DNA of 64,000 bases from Candidatus Latescibacterota bacterium (lineage in GTDB: Bacteria; Latescibacterota; UBA2968; SICM01), in assembly GCA_965217865.1 (NCBI GenBank), contig CBDCJO010000002.1:2336001-2400000 (forward strand). Reading direction: 5' to 3'. Numbering within the stretch: position 1 is the stretch's first letter; each line of letters opens with the position of its first letter. The notes under the pieces were generated by a model, which ran no database searches, was not told the origin of the DNA, and saw only the letters and a program-made list of their open reading frames with translations. Of the stretch, positions 10,637 through 19,785 are shown piece after piece. Both the position numbers and the translations under genes were made by a program.

Positions 10637-10762
10637 TGAAGGAGAGCTTGAGCTCAACATAGGCGGCTTCTTCCGGGCTGAGAGACAGGAAATCTGCAAG
10701 CGTCACCGATATCGCTGTCCCCCCCGACATCGTAAGGCCAAGCTAATCTGCCTGGATTTTGT

Positions 10763-10791
10763 TTGACAGCGGTTGCACAGCGACGTATCAT
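10763..10791 (+). promoter_or_regulatory. Putative sigma70 promoter
   Basis: TTGACA-N17-TATCAT, about 130 nt upstream of the ATG at 10922. Confidence 0.65.
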
Positions 10792-10921
10792 ATTGCCTTT
10801 GCCTTGCCAACGGGGGACAGGGTTGCGCTGATCTTTCGGGTTCAATATCTGGGACGAGGCATCCCTTTCGCTTACGCTTGGGTCTCACGTTTTAACCCTT
10901 CTAAGACCAGAGGGGGGAATC

Positions 10922-12016
10922 ATGATCGAGGTTGTAGCCACCGGACTCGTCTATCGCAACCCAAAGTCGTTCATCAAATCGATCCATGCCTGGCACCCCA
11001 CGCTCGTACCCCTCGGCGATGGGGAAATCCTGGCCGGCTTCGACCTGGCCGAGGCCATCTCCGCCACAAACTACCGATCGTATGTTTCCCGCTCCACCGA
11101 CCACGGCGAAACCTGGAGCGATCCGGTCAGACTCGCCCCTGGCCACACCGATGTTACGGACTTCATCCGCCTCAGCCGGCTCTCAGACGGCACGATCATC
11201 GGCGTGGGGGTTCGCAAGGAGCCGGATGAAGAGACCCAGGGGTGGAACCCCGAAACCTATGGGTGCCGAGAGGGAGAGTGGTTCACGATCCGGAGCAGCG
11301 ATAAAGGAGTGACCTGGAGCGATCCGGCTGTGTTCGAGCCGACGTTCACCGGGCAGCCTTACGAGCTGTGTCACGCCATCGTCGAGGTGAGTGATGGCCG
11401 GCTGCTGTTGCCGACCGGATTGGTGCGCACCTGGGAGGGTGACGCGCCGCACGGGCTCATGACCATCGCCATGGTCTCGCACGATCAAGGCGCGACCTGG
11501 CCGGATTCCATCGAGCTGTTCAAAGACCCCGAAGGTGAGGTCCTCTACCACGAAGTGAGTCTGATAGAGCTGCCGGGCGGCGGGTTGCTGACTGTGGCGT
11601 GGCCATTCAACCCCTCGGTGGGGCAGACCGTTCTTAAGGTGCCGTTTGCGGTGGCGCCCGACGGCAAACAGTTCACGGTGCGCGGATCGACGGAGATACC
11701 CGGCGAGACGACCAAACTCGTCAGTCTCGGTGACAATCGCGTGCTGGCCCTCCTGCGGTGTACGGACAAACCCGGGTTGTGGGCGTACGTGGCGAGGTTG
11801 GAGGGGAATCAGTGGATCAACGAAGCCGAAGCGCCCGTGTGGCAAGGGTCCGAGTCCAGGATGTTCGGCGAGACAGCCGCGGCAGCCGAACTGGCCGCCC
11901 TGCACTTCGGTTTTCCAAATATGATCCGCCTGCCCGACGGCGACGTTCTCGGGGCCTTCTGGTGTCGCGAGGACTGCATCCACAATATCCGCTGGTTGCG
12001 TATCCGGGTGGACTGA
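10922..12016 (+). CDS. Sialidase-family (BNR/Asp-box) beta-propeller protein
   Basis: STDHGETW, SSDKGVTW, SHDQGATW; C-terminal FGFP; related to 35426..36520. Confidence 0.85.
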   Translation: MIEVVATGLVYRNPKSFIKSIHAWHPTLVPLGDGEILAGFDLAEAISATNYRSYVSRSTDHGETWSDPVRLAPGHTDVTDFIRLSRLSDGTIIGVGVRKEPDEETQGWNPETYGCREGEWFTIRSSDKGVTWSDPAVFEPTFTGQPYELCHAIVEVSDGRLLLPTGLVRTWEGDAPHGLMTIAMVSHDQGATWPDSIELFKDPEGEVLYHEVSLIELPGGGLLTVAWPFNPSVGQTVLKVPFAVAPDGKQFTVRGSTEIPGETTKLVSLGDNRVLALLRCTDKPGLWAYVARLEGNQWINEAEAPVWQGSESRMFGETAAAAELAALHFGFPNMIRLPDGDVLGAFWCREDCIHNIRWLRIRVD

Positions 12017-12068
12017 GGTTTCGAGAGGTGGGTAATAAGGTGTGATGGACGGAACAGTCTAGCACCAA

Positions 12069-12251
12069 AGCGGCTCGCGCTACGGCAGGGTGCAGGACCT
12101 GGTCAATACCGTCCAGCTGGTCGCGGAAGGGAAAATAAAGTCCATCATTCCAGACCTGTTTCCCCTCGAGGAGGCAAACGAGGCGATGGCTTCCCTGCGC
12201 GCCGGTAAGGTGTTGGGGCGAACGGTCCTCCTGACGGAGGCGGGTTGGTAG
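12069..12251 (+). pseudogene. C-terminal remnant of a zinc-dependent (MDR) alcohol dehydrogenase
   Basis: Translates SGSRYG...LVAEGKIKSII...FPLEEANEAMASLRAGKVLGRTVL; the N-terminal domains are absent. Confidence 0.7.
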
Positions 12252-12378
12252 GCTACATGAGTTCATTCACCCACGGCCAAGGGGATCTGGTGACCCATCA
12301 TCTGCTTGACGCCTTTTTGCCGGGTTGCCCTGCGATGTCGGATGGTGTGCCGTCCCGAGAGGCCCTGAGGGAGGTGAC

Positions 12379-13305
12379 ATGAGCGCTTACGATGATTTTC
12401 GACGAAAGATCGCGGGGCCGATGGCGCCGCTGCCGATCTTCTACAAGGACGACCTCAGCGTCGACTACGACGGCATCGGCAAATACACGGCGTGGCTGGT
12501 CCAGGGCGGGATCAGGAACATGTGCCTGACCTACAGCTACAGCCGGATCGCCTTCGTGACCCAGGCCGAGCTGATCGAGGTGACGCGCACGATCGCGCGA
12601 GTCGTGGGGGACCGTGCGGTCTTCATCGGCTGCACACGGATGGAATCCGCTGAGGAAGCCGTCGAATCCGTGCGGCAAATCCGCGAGGCCGGGGCCCACG
12701 CCGCGTTCGTCATGCCGCAGATGGAATGGCTGTCCGGGACGCTCTGTCGGAACTTCCTGCGCCACGTGGCCGCAGCGACCGACGTTCCCCTGCTATTCGT
12801 CAGTCTTCCGACGCCTGGGGATCCGAGCAAACCGAACTTGAGTGCCGACGACTACGAGGTGTTGCTGGAGCACGAGAACATCGTGGGAGTCAAGGAAGAC
12901 TTTAACGACATCCCCTACCGCATGGCGCTCATCCGCAGATACGGTCAGCGTCTCTGTATTATCGGAGGCGGGGTGCTGCGCAACTACCTGTTCGTGCACC
13001 GGTATCCACAGCAGGGAGAGTTGGCCGGGCACTTCAGTCCTCGGGCGTCCGGGCGCTTCGTGCAGCTGCTCGATGAGGGCTGTCTGGACGAGGCCATCAC
13101 CCTGATCGAGCAGCGCGATGTGGCCGTCAACGATTTCCCCCAGGGGCTGGACTGGCAGTCGAAAAACCAGGTCTACATGAAGGGCCTGGGGTTCGCCGAG
13201 AGCGTGCGGATGCGTCCCCCGCTCGTGGCGGCCACTGGCGACCAGGTCCGTGACGTGATCAAGCGGATGCGCAAGTACCCCACTGTCTTCGAAATGCCTT
13301 CCTGA
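12379..13305 (+). CDS. DHDPS-family aldolase (atypical)
   Basis: ATG after GGAGG; DLSVDY, NIVGVKED, MRPPL; paralog of 4671..5615. Confidence 0.85.
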   Translation: MSAYDDFRRKIAGPMAPLPIFYKDDLSVDYDGIGKYTAWLVQGGIRNMCLTYSYSRIAFVTQAELIEVTRTIARVVGDRAVFIGCTRMESAEEAVESVRQIREAGAHAAFVMPQMEWLSGTLCRNFLRHVAAATDVPLLFVSLPTPGDPSKPNLSADDYEVLLEHENIVGVKEDFNDIPYRMALIRRYGQRLCIIGGGVLRNYLFVHRYPQQGELAGHFSPRASGRFVQLLDEGCLDEAITLIEQRDVAVNDFPQGLDWQSKNQVYMKGLGFAESVRMRPPLVAATGDQVRDVIKRMRKYPTVFEMPS

Positions 13306-13356
13306 ATCCGGTCCTGAAGGCCCAACCGCTGAGTTGTTATCACTGCGAGCCAACTT

Positions 13357-14889
13357 TTGAGCACCCGACCGAACATCCTTCTGATCCTCACCGACCAGCA
13401 CGCGCCGAAGGTGGCCGGGTTCGCCGGGGACCCGGATGTACGCACGCAGAACCTTGACGCCCTGGCCCGGGGTTCGGTGCAGTTCCAGCAGGCGATCTGT
13501 CCTTCCCCGTGCTGCACGCCATCACGCATGTGCATGCTGACCGGCAAAGACGTCGAGCATTGTGCCGCTTGGGCCAACCACTGGATCATCTTTCCGGAGC
13601 ACCTCACCTGGCCGCAGCATTTCGCCGATAACGGCTACACCACCTGCCTCGTCGGCAAAATGCACTTCGGCGGGCGGGACCAGATGCAGGGCTTCACGCA
13701 TCGACCCTACGGTGACCTGCGGCACGGATTGGGTCACCAGCCCGATCCCCTGTCCATGTTTCCGGGTTACCACCACGTGGAAAGCGCTGGGGTCACGGAA
13801 ATACCTGAAAGTCTCTTACAGGACGTCGTGGTCACGGGAGAGACACTGTCGTTCCTTCGTGAGCATCAGGATCAAAATCCGGACAAGCCGTGGTTCGTGT
13901 GTGCCGGGTACTCGCGGCCTCATTCGCCTCTGACGGCGCCGGGTCGGTACATTCGACGTTACCGCGACCGATTGCCCAAAGTTGAAGAACCGAAGCCGGA
14001 CCGGCTCGAGCCCTTCGCCCGGAATCTTTATGACCGGATCTCCGGTGCGTTAAACGCAGAGCAGAGACAGCGAGGCCTGGAAGCCTATTACGCGTGTGTG
14101 GACTTCGTGGATGACTGCATCGGGGAGCTACTGGAAGGTCTGGAAGAGAGCGGCCTGCTTGACAACACGATCGTGATCTACACCAGTGACCACGGCGAAA
14201 TGGCGGGTGTGCACGGGTTGTGGCAGAAGGGGGTGTATTACGAGCCGTCGGTAGGAGTTCCCCTGCTCATGCAGGGGCCGGGGATCGCGCCGGGTCACCT
14301 CGACGTGAACCGGGTGATCTCGTTGATCGACCTGTACCCGACCACAAGTGCGCTGTGCGGTCTGCCGGTTCCGGAGGGCCTGGATGGTGTGGATTTCAGC
14401 CGTGTTTTGCGCGATCCCGCCTCAGCGGATGCTCCCCGGCCTTATGCCATCTCACAGATGTTTGCCCAGGGATCGCGTGTCGCGTCCATGCAGGTCCCGA
14501 TCGACACACCGTATCGCGCGTGGCGGGCCATCCGGACCGAAGGGTGGAAATATATCGACGTGCAGGGCGGTGACCCCCTGTTGTTCGATTTGCGGAACGA
14601 CCCGGGCGAATCGACGAACCTGGCAGTAGGCCATCCGGACCACGCCGCCCGCTGTCAGGAGCTGCGCGCGTTCCTGTTCGAAGGTTTCAGCTGGAAGCAA
14701 GCCATGCGTCAACTGGAAGACGACCGGCGACGGATTGGGGAACACCTTTCGGGACTCAAACCGACCGTGCCCAATCAATACATGCTTGCGGATGGACGGA
14801 CCTTTGATGCCGAGGCTGGGCTGTATGGAGCCCGATGGCTGGTCGAACCCGACGCGACCGGCGGCATCATCCCACAGCAGTTTGGGTAA
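13357..14889 (+). CDS. Formylglycine-dependent sulfatase (choline-sulfatase-like)
   Basis: PNILLILTDQH, CTPSR, GKMH, SDHGE, DLRNDPGE. Confidence 0.93.
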   Translation: MSTRPNILLILTDQHAPKVAGFAGDPDVRTQNLDALARGSVQFQQAICPSPCCTPSRMCMLTGKDVEHCAAWANHWIIFPEHLTWPQHFADNGYTTCLVGKMHFGGRDQMQGFTHRPYGDLRHGLGHQPDPLSMFPGYHHVESAGVTEIPESLLQDVVVTGETLSFLREHQDQNPDKPWFVCAGYSRPHSPLTAPGRYIRRYRDRLPKVEEPKPDRLEPFARNLYDRISGALNAEQRQRGLEAYYACVDFVDDCIGELLEGLEESGLLDNTIVIYTSDHGEMAGVHGLWQKGVYYEPSVGVPLLMQGPGIAPGHLDVNRVISLIDLYPTTSALCGLPVPEGLDGVDFSRVLRDPASADAPRPYAISQMFAQGSRVASMQVPIDTPYRAWRAIRTEGWKYIDVQGGDPLLFDLRNDPGESTNLAVGHPDHAARCQELRAFLFEGFSWKQAMRQLEDDRRRIGEHLSGLKPTVPNQYMLADGRTFDAEAGLYGARWLVEPDATGGIIPQQFG

Positions 14890-15069
14890 TAACCGCATGA
14901 GTTTGGGTCCACGATCCTTCTTCGAAAACCTTGTACACCCCTTTTTCTACTATCCTGCAAAGCTAACCCTCGCACATTGAACCCGCATCATCCACACTCC
15001 GGTCCTCATTGAATGGCACTTTGAAATAAACCAGGCGATGCTTGGATGCCTATCCTCTTTTTCAGTGGT

Positions 15070-16383
15070 CTACCGCTGGGGGCTTTCCTCGACGGCGTCT
15101 GTTCCGGATTCCGGGGTAGTTCGCCGGGGGAAGACCCCGGGGGGATAGTCCAATTGCTGTCCCCGGGGCCGTACGAAGTCGGGGCTGTACCGGCTTCCCA
15201 CGATGTAGGTGTGAAACCACGGGTGAAGGATGAGGGTTTCTCCGTACTCCACCTGATCCTCGGGTTTCAAACCGGCGATCTTGCTGATTGCGCAGACCGT
15301 GAACAGGCTGTTGTCGGAAAGCTGCACGGACTGGGGATACCCCACCCCTTTGGGCAGGGATTCATCCCTGATGATTTTCTCGTTTTCGACGTCCCAGCTC
15401 CGGCCTTCGTCGTGACTGATGCATGCCCGCACACCTGTGGGGTGGCGGCGATGGGCGTAGGTGGCCATGATGTCGCCGTTCATGAGGTTGATCAGCTTTG
15501 CGGGAAATCCCCAGAAAGGCACCTGTTCCGGAACGCTCCAGGTGAGACCTCCGTCCTCGGAGGTGCTCTGCCATAGGTTCTGGTCCGCTGCAAACTGGGG
15601 TCGTGCAACGGCCAGGATCCGGCCGGAGGGCATGGCCAGCAGGCTGGTTTCGTTGTATCCGATCTCGTCCGCGGGGTCGAAGAACACCGGCGTGAAGGTC
15701 CAGGTCCTTCCGCTGTCCGTGGAACGGGTTGACCAGACCCGGGTCGTTCGCTCGGTTCGGTTCAACCGTCCGTACACGGCTCCCAGGATGGCCCCGTCGG
15801 GAAGGAGAAGCCCGGATCCGAAAAATCCTACCATGTGGGCAGCCATAGGAAAATCCCCGTGCGGCGCATTATCTATCGGGCTGCTCTTCCAGGTTTTTCC
15901 GTCGTCCTCTGAACGCCAGGTCACGATCTCCGGGTAAACGGCCACGATTCCCCCAAACGCATCATCGACCTGCCATCCTTGAGCCTCGAGTTCAGCCCTT
16001 TTCTCTGCCTTGTACAGGCGATAGGCCATCAGTCCATCGGGCTTGTGCAGATGCCCCAGTCCCTCGCCCTCCAGATGCTCCCGAAGAGAATCCCCGCCCA
16101 GCGTCTGCCCTCCGATGTAGACTCGTGTGCCATCAGGGGCTCTGACCCCGGGGGGAGGAAGCTGATCTTCCGATTCCTCCCACGAGATCCCCCCATCCTC
16201 TGACTGAACCTGCGTTGTCCTGTGATCCTCCACGAAGAAGTCATCGTAGAGTCCGGCCTCCGATTCCGAACTGATGCTCACGATCAGCCGGTCGTCATCC
16301 GCCAGATAAATCACCGCGCTGTTGCTTGAATAACCGGTAAGATCCAACAACGTCATGTCGAATTTCCACGGACCAGCAGCCAT
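15070..16383 (-). CDS. Sialidase-family Asp-box protein; divergent relative of the tandem family
   Basis: PWKFD N-terminus, five Asp-boxes, GYNETS, GVGYPQSVQL. Confidence 0.88.
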   Translation of the reverse strand: MAAGPWKFDMTLLDLTGYSSNSAVIYLADDDRLIVSISSESEAGLYDDFFVEDHRTTQVQSEDGGISWEESEDQLPPPGVRAPDGTRVYIGGQTLGGDSLREHLEGEGLGHLHKPDGLMAYRLYKAEKRAELEAQGWQVDDAFGGIVAVYPEIVTWRSEDDGKTWKSSPIDNAPHGDFPMAAHMVGFFGSGLLLPDGAILGAVYGRLNRTERTTRVWSTRSTDSGRTWTFTPVFFDPADEIGYNETSLLAMPSGRILAVARPQFAADQNLWQSTSEDGGLTWSVPEQVPFWGFPAKLINLMNGDIMATYAHRRHPTGVRACISHDEGRSWDVENEKIIRDESLPKGVGYPQSVQLSDNSLFTVCAISKIAGLKPEDQVEYGETLILHPWFHTYIVGSRYSPDFVRPRGQQLDYPPGVFPRRTTPESGTDAVEESPQR

Positions 16384-16534
16384 CTTAGTACACTCCTTTA
16401 TTCCATTCCAGACTCAGGTTCGGCACGACAACGGTGTCTTCGAGTCTGCGAAAGAGGATTTGGGTTGTTCATAGCAACTTGCACTTTTCATGTTGAAATT
16501 TGCAATTTTCTCCCCTGACCTCCGGCCTCTTCCT

Positions 16535-17732
16535 TTATCCTGACCTCGGATAATTATACTTCTCCCCAGGCTCCGGAACCTCCAGCTTCGGACCATATGT
16601 TCCCGTGTAACTCCTTGACCATCGACTGCCACCCGCGAACGGCCAGGGCCTCCCCTCATCGTCATACTTCGTGGCGCTATATGCAGTGAACAGCGTCCCG
16701 TCGGAAAGCTCCACGGTGTTGACCTCCGAAACACGTGCTATGGGAATGTCATCACGGATGATGACCTCCTCGCTCCAGGTTTTGCCCACGTCAGACGTGA
16801 ACCTTGCCCGCGCACCGTATGGCTCTGCAAACCGCCTCTGATAAGAACAGATAATGGTCCCATCCTGCAAGAGCGTCGGTCGCGGATGCTTGGCACGAAT
16901 TGGGGTCTGCACGGGCTCAGACCAGTTCCTCCCTCCGTCTGAAGACCATACAGAATACGCGAAGTTGCCCAGCTCAGTACGCAGCATGACGAATATGTTC
17001 CCGTCTCCGCGATGATCGGAAAAGTCTCCGTAAACCCGGCGTCTGAACACGAGTGTCGCCCGTCTGCCATTAGGATCAGGTCCCAGTTTACGCCCCTGTC
17101 GGAACTTAAAAGGACATAGGTGCTGGACCGCCCATCATAGTAATCAGAGTTTCCCCGTTTCTTGAGATACCTCTTGTCCGGGCCATACCCGTACGCGATG
17201 AAGATCAACGTCCCGTCTTCCAGCAATCTCAATGGACCCCGCGCCACGAGTGCGCGAAAAATGGAAGTTGATCACCAATCGATCGCTCTTCCCAGGTCTG
17301 ACCCCCATCCTTCGAAACCTTCATAAAAATTCCATCGATATACGCACAATAGTCGTGCACTTCACCGTGATCAAGGACCATATAACCCTCGGCTTTGAGA
17401 CGCCCGATCTCGGAGCGCGGGCAGCGAGTCCAGCCCGTACCGCCCATCTCGACCATCGTCTTGTCCGGCAGCACCACACCTCCGTGGGAAGGCGCTGGCC
17501 AGGGGCGATCCGTGATCTTCCAGGTCAACCCGCCGTCTTCGGACAGCAGTACCACAGATGTTTCCTGGGCTCTCCAGGCATCGGTGCTCTGACTGGCATC
17601 GAAACAGATGCTTACAGGCATCCATAGCCGGTCCTTTCCATCGCAATAGAGGAGACCCTGGTTCACTTCTTCATACTGGGGACTACACAGGATATCCACA
17701 TCCCATTTCCATGGCTTTGTTGGATCCAGCAT
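16535..17732 (-). pseudogene. Asp-box/sialidase-like paralog, copy 4 (two frameshifts)
   Basis: ORFs 17229..17732, 16738..17247 and 16535..17050 join into a full paralog; shifts near 17248 and 17010. Confidence 0.88.
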
Positions 17733-17769
17733 AAAAACACCCTAGGGTTTGGGGTTTTCATTGCAACTT

Positions 17770-17890
17770 GCACTTTGCTATTTCCCTCGCCTGATCCTGC
17801 CTTTGCTCTTCCTGCCATTGCTACTGCTTTTCCCGTTTCACGTCTCAAGTTTGACGTTTCACGTTTTTTCTTCCCCCTGACCTCCGACCA
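17770..17890. repeat. Hexamer/heptamer repeat spacer
   Basis: ctgcca-ttgcta-ctgctt; cccgttt-cacgtct-caagttt-gacgttt-cacgttt; tgacctc-cgacc. Confidence 0.7.
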
Positions 17891-18054
17891 CCATTTTCGT
17901 AGCCTGTTGCAGTTGCTTAACGCTCTCCTTCCGGAGAGAACCAGCCTGTATCTGCGCGGCCAGTTCCCGGCTGCCTCAAACCGTGTCTATCTGCTTCCTG
18001 GGAAAAGAGATACCGTTTGTACTCCGACGGGCATTTTATGAGCATTCGGTAGTG

Positions 18055-18098
18055 CGTCCAGGTCAATTTTGAACGCGCGTTCAAAATTGACCTGGACG
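18055..18098. repeat. Perfect 44-bp palindrome
   Basis: cgtccaggtcaattttgaacgc|gcgttcaaaattgacctggacg. Confidence 0.95.
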
Positions 18099-18160
18099 GG
18101 TGAAACCGAAGAAATTCTTACAAATCCTCACGCTGGCCCCCGGCTTTTCACGTCCAGGTT

Positions 18161-18184
18161 AATTCTGCGCGCGCGCGCAGAATT
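18161..18184. repeat. Perfect 24-bp palindrome
   Basis: aattctgcgcgc|gcgcgcagaatt, preceded by the same cgtccaggt as the 44-mer. Confidence 0.9.
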
Positions 18185-18323
18185 GGAAAGCGATTTCGTT
18201 ACGTAACATACTGTAAATATTTATGATAAGTGAATTTATTGTCTCGGACTATAATAAGCCTGTTAGCTCATGCCTTGCCACTGCTACTGCATTTTCGTCC
18301 CCCTACCTCCCGAGCCTCGTTCT

Positions 18324-19547
18324 TCAATCCAACCTCGGATAATTATACTTCTCCCCGGCCTCTGGCACTTCCAGGTTCGGGCCGTATGGGCTCCGGTAGC
18401 TCCTCGTCCACCGACTCCCACCCAGAAACGGCCAATCCCTCCCCTCATCGTCGTACTTCTTGGCACCGAACGAAGTGAAAAGCGTCCCGTCCGACAGTTC
18501 CACTGTATTGATCCCACCCAGCCCGTCATCTACGGGGATACAGTCACGGATCACCACCTCGTCGCTCCAGGTTTTCCCCATATCCGAAGTGAACCTTGCA
18601 CGCACACCGTAGGGCGGAGCAAACCGCCTTTGATACGAGCAGGCTACCGTCCCGTCCCTCAAGGCCGTCGGTTCAGGATGCTTGGCACGGATCGGGGTCT
18701 GAGCCGGCTCAGACCAGGTCTTCCCTCCGTCGGAAGACCATACGGAATACGCGAAGTTGCTCAGCGACGTGTGCAGCATAACGAATATGTTCCCATCTCC
18801 TTGGACTATGGAGAAAGTCTCGGTAAACCCGGAGTCTGAACACGACTTTCGCCCATCCGCCATCAGGACCAAGTCCCAATTCGCACCGTCATCAGCACTC
18901 CGTAAGATATACGTGCTGGATCTGCCGCTATTGTAGTTGGAGCGCAACCCTTTCTGTCCCCATGGCCCCCCCTCTGCCGGATGCCTGTCTTCCTTCCCAT
19001 ACCCGTACGCGATGAAGATCAACGTCCCGTCGTCCAGCAAACGCAGCGGACCCCGGGCAACGAAGTGCGCGAAGAAAGGAAGCTGGTCGCGAATCGATCG
19101 CTCCTCCCAGGTCTGACCTTCATCCCGGGAAACCTTCACCAATACCTCATTGATGTACGCACAGTAGTCGTGTTCTTCCCCAAGGTCCCAAACCATATAA
19201 CCCTCGGCCTCGAGCCGTTCGATCTCGGTTCGGGGCAATCGCGTCCAGCCCGTACCCCCCATTTCGACCATCGTCTTGTCCGAAAGAACGACATGGCTGT
19301 GAGAAAGCCCCGGGCGAGGACGATCCGTGATCTGCCAGGTCAGCCCCCCGTCTTCCGAAAGCAGGACGATCGGTGTCTCTACCGAGGTCCAGGCGTCGGT
19401 GTCCTGACTGGCGTCGAAGCAGATGCTTACAGGCAGCCAGAGACGGTCCTGTTCTTCGCAATGGAGCGGCCCATGGCCCATGCCCTCGTACTGCGGGCTG
19501 CGCAGGATGTCTACATCCCATTTCCACGGCTTTGATGGATCCAGCAT
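18324..19547 (-). CDS. Asp-box/sialidase-like paralog, copy 5 (intact, 407 aa)
   Basis: MLDPSKPWKWDV start after GGAGG; five Asp-boxes; GFTET. Confidence 0.9.
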   Translation of the reverse strand: MLDPSKPWKWDVDILRSPQYEGMGHGPLHCEEQDRLWLPVSICFDASQDTDAWTSVETPIVLLSEDGGLTWQITDRPRPGLSHSHVVLSDKTMVEMGGTGWTRLPRTEIERLEAEGYMVWDLGEEHDYCAYINEVLVKVSRDEGQTWEERSIRDQLPFFAHFVARGPLRLLDDGTLIFIAYGYGKEDRHPAEGGPWGQKGLRSNYNSGRSSTYILRSADDGANWDLVLMADGRKSCSDSGFTETFSIVQGDGNIFVMLHTSLSNFAYSVWSSDGGKTWSEPAQTPIRAKHPEPTALRDGTVACSYQRRFAPPYGVRARFTSDMGKTWSDEVVIRDCIPVDDGLGGINTVELSDGTLFTSFGAKKYDDEGRDWPFLGGSRWTRSYRSPYGPNLEVPEAGEKYNYPRLD

Positions 19548-19635
19548 AAGATGCCCTCCAGTCGTCAGCTTATTTGGCACTGATACGGTTCACATTTCCT
19601 TCTGTTCTGACCCTGGCCGACTGAGTTGAATGTAA

Positions 19636-19785
19636 GTTTTCTTCTGTATTCTGTATTCCGGGGGGGATAGGTGGAAGGGGCATTCTTCCCCGTCTCACGG
19701 TTCACGGTTTTTCTTTTCCCTGACCCCCGACTTCTGACCTCTGGGTTTTCCCGACCCCTGGCACCTGACATCCGAGCCCTTTCCC
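19636..19785. repeat. Heptamer repeat spacer homologous to spacer 190..385
   Basis: ttctgta-ttctgta-ttcc, ggtggaaggg, tcacggt-tcacggt, tgacccc-cgacttc-tgacctc. Confidence 0.75.

Larger units (their letters stand above)
17935..18200 (-). pseudogene. DUF1016/YhcG N-terminal-like remnant
   Basis: The minus frame reads RFPILRARAELTWT*, then LRFHPSRSILNARSKLTWTHYRMLIK...R.LF.QEA..HGL, then after a frameshift SRELAAQIQ. This resembles the DUF1016 pattern 'FPI...L(S/T)W(S/T)HY..L...R.L..QI'. Confidence 0.5.

Noticed and set aside
10416-11177. Diversity-generating retroelement TR/VR pair
   Set aside because: Mismatches are mostly C/T and G/C rather than adenine-specific, the repeat is at the 5' end of the gene, and there is no reverse transcriptase in the window.
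16535-17732. Programmed ribosomal frameshifting in the split genes
   Set aside because: No slippery heptamers at the shift sites, and intact paralogs have continuous frames.
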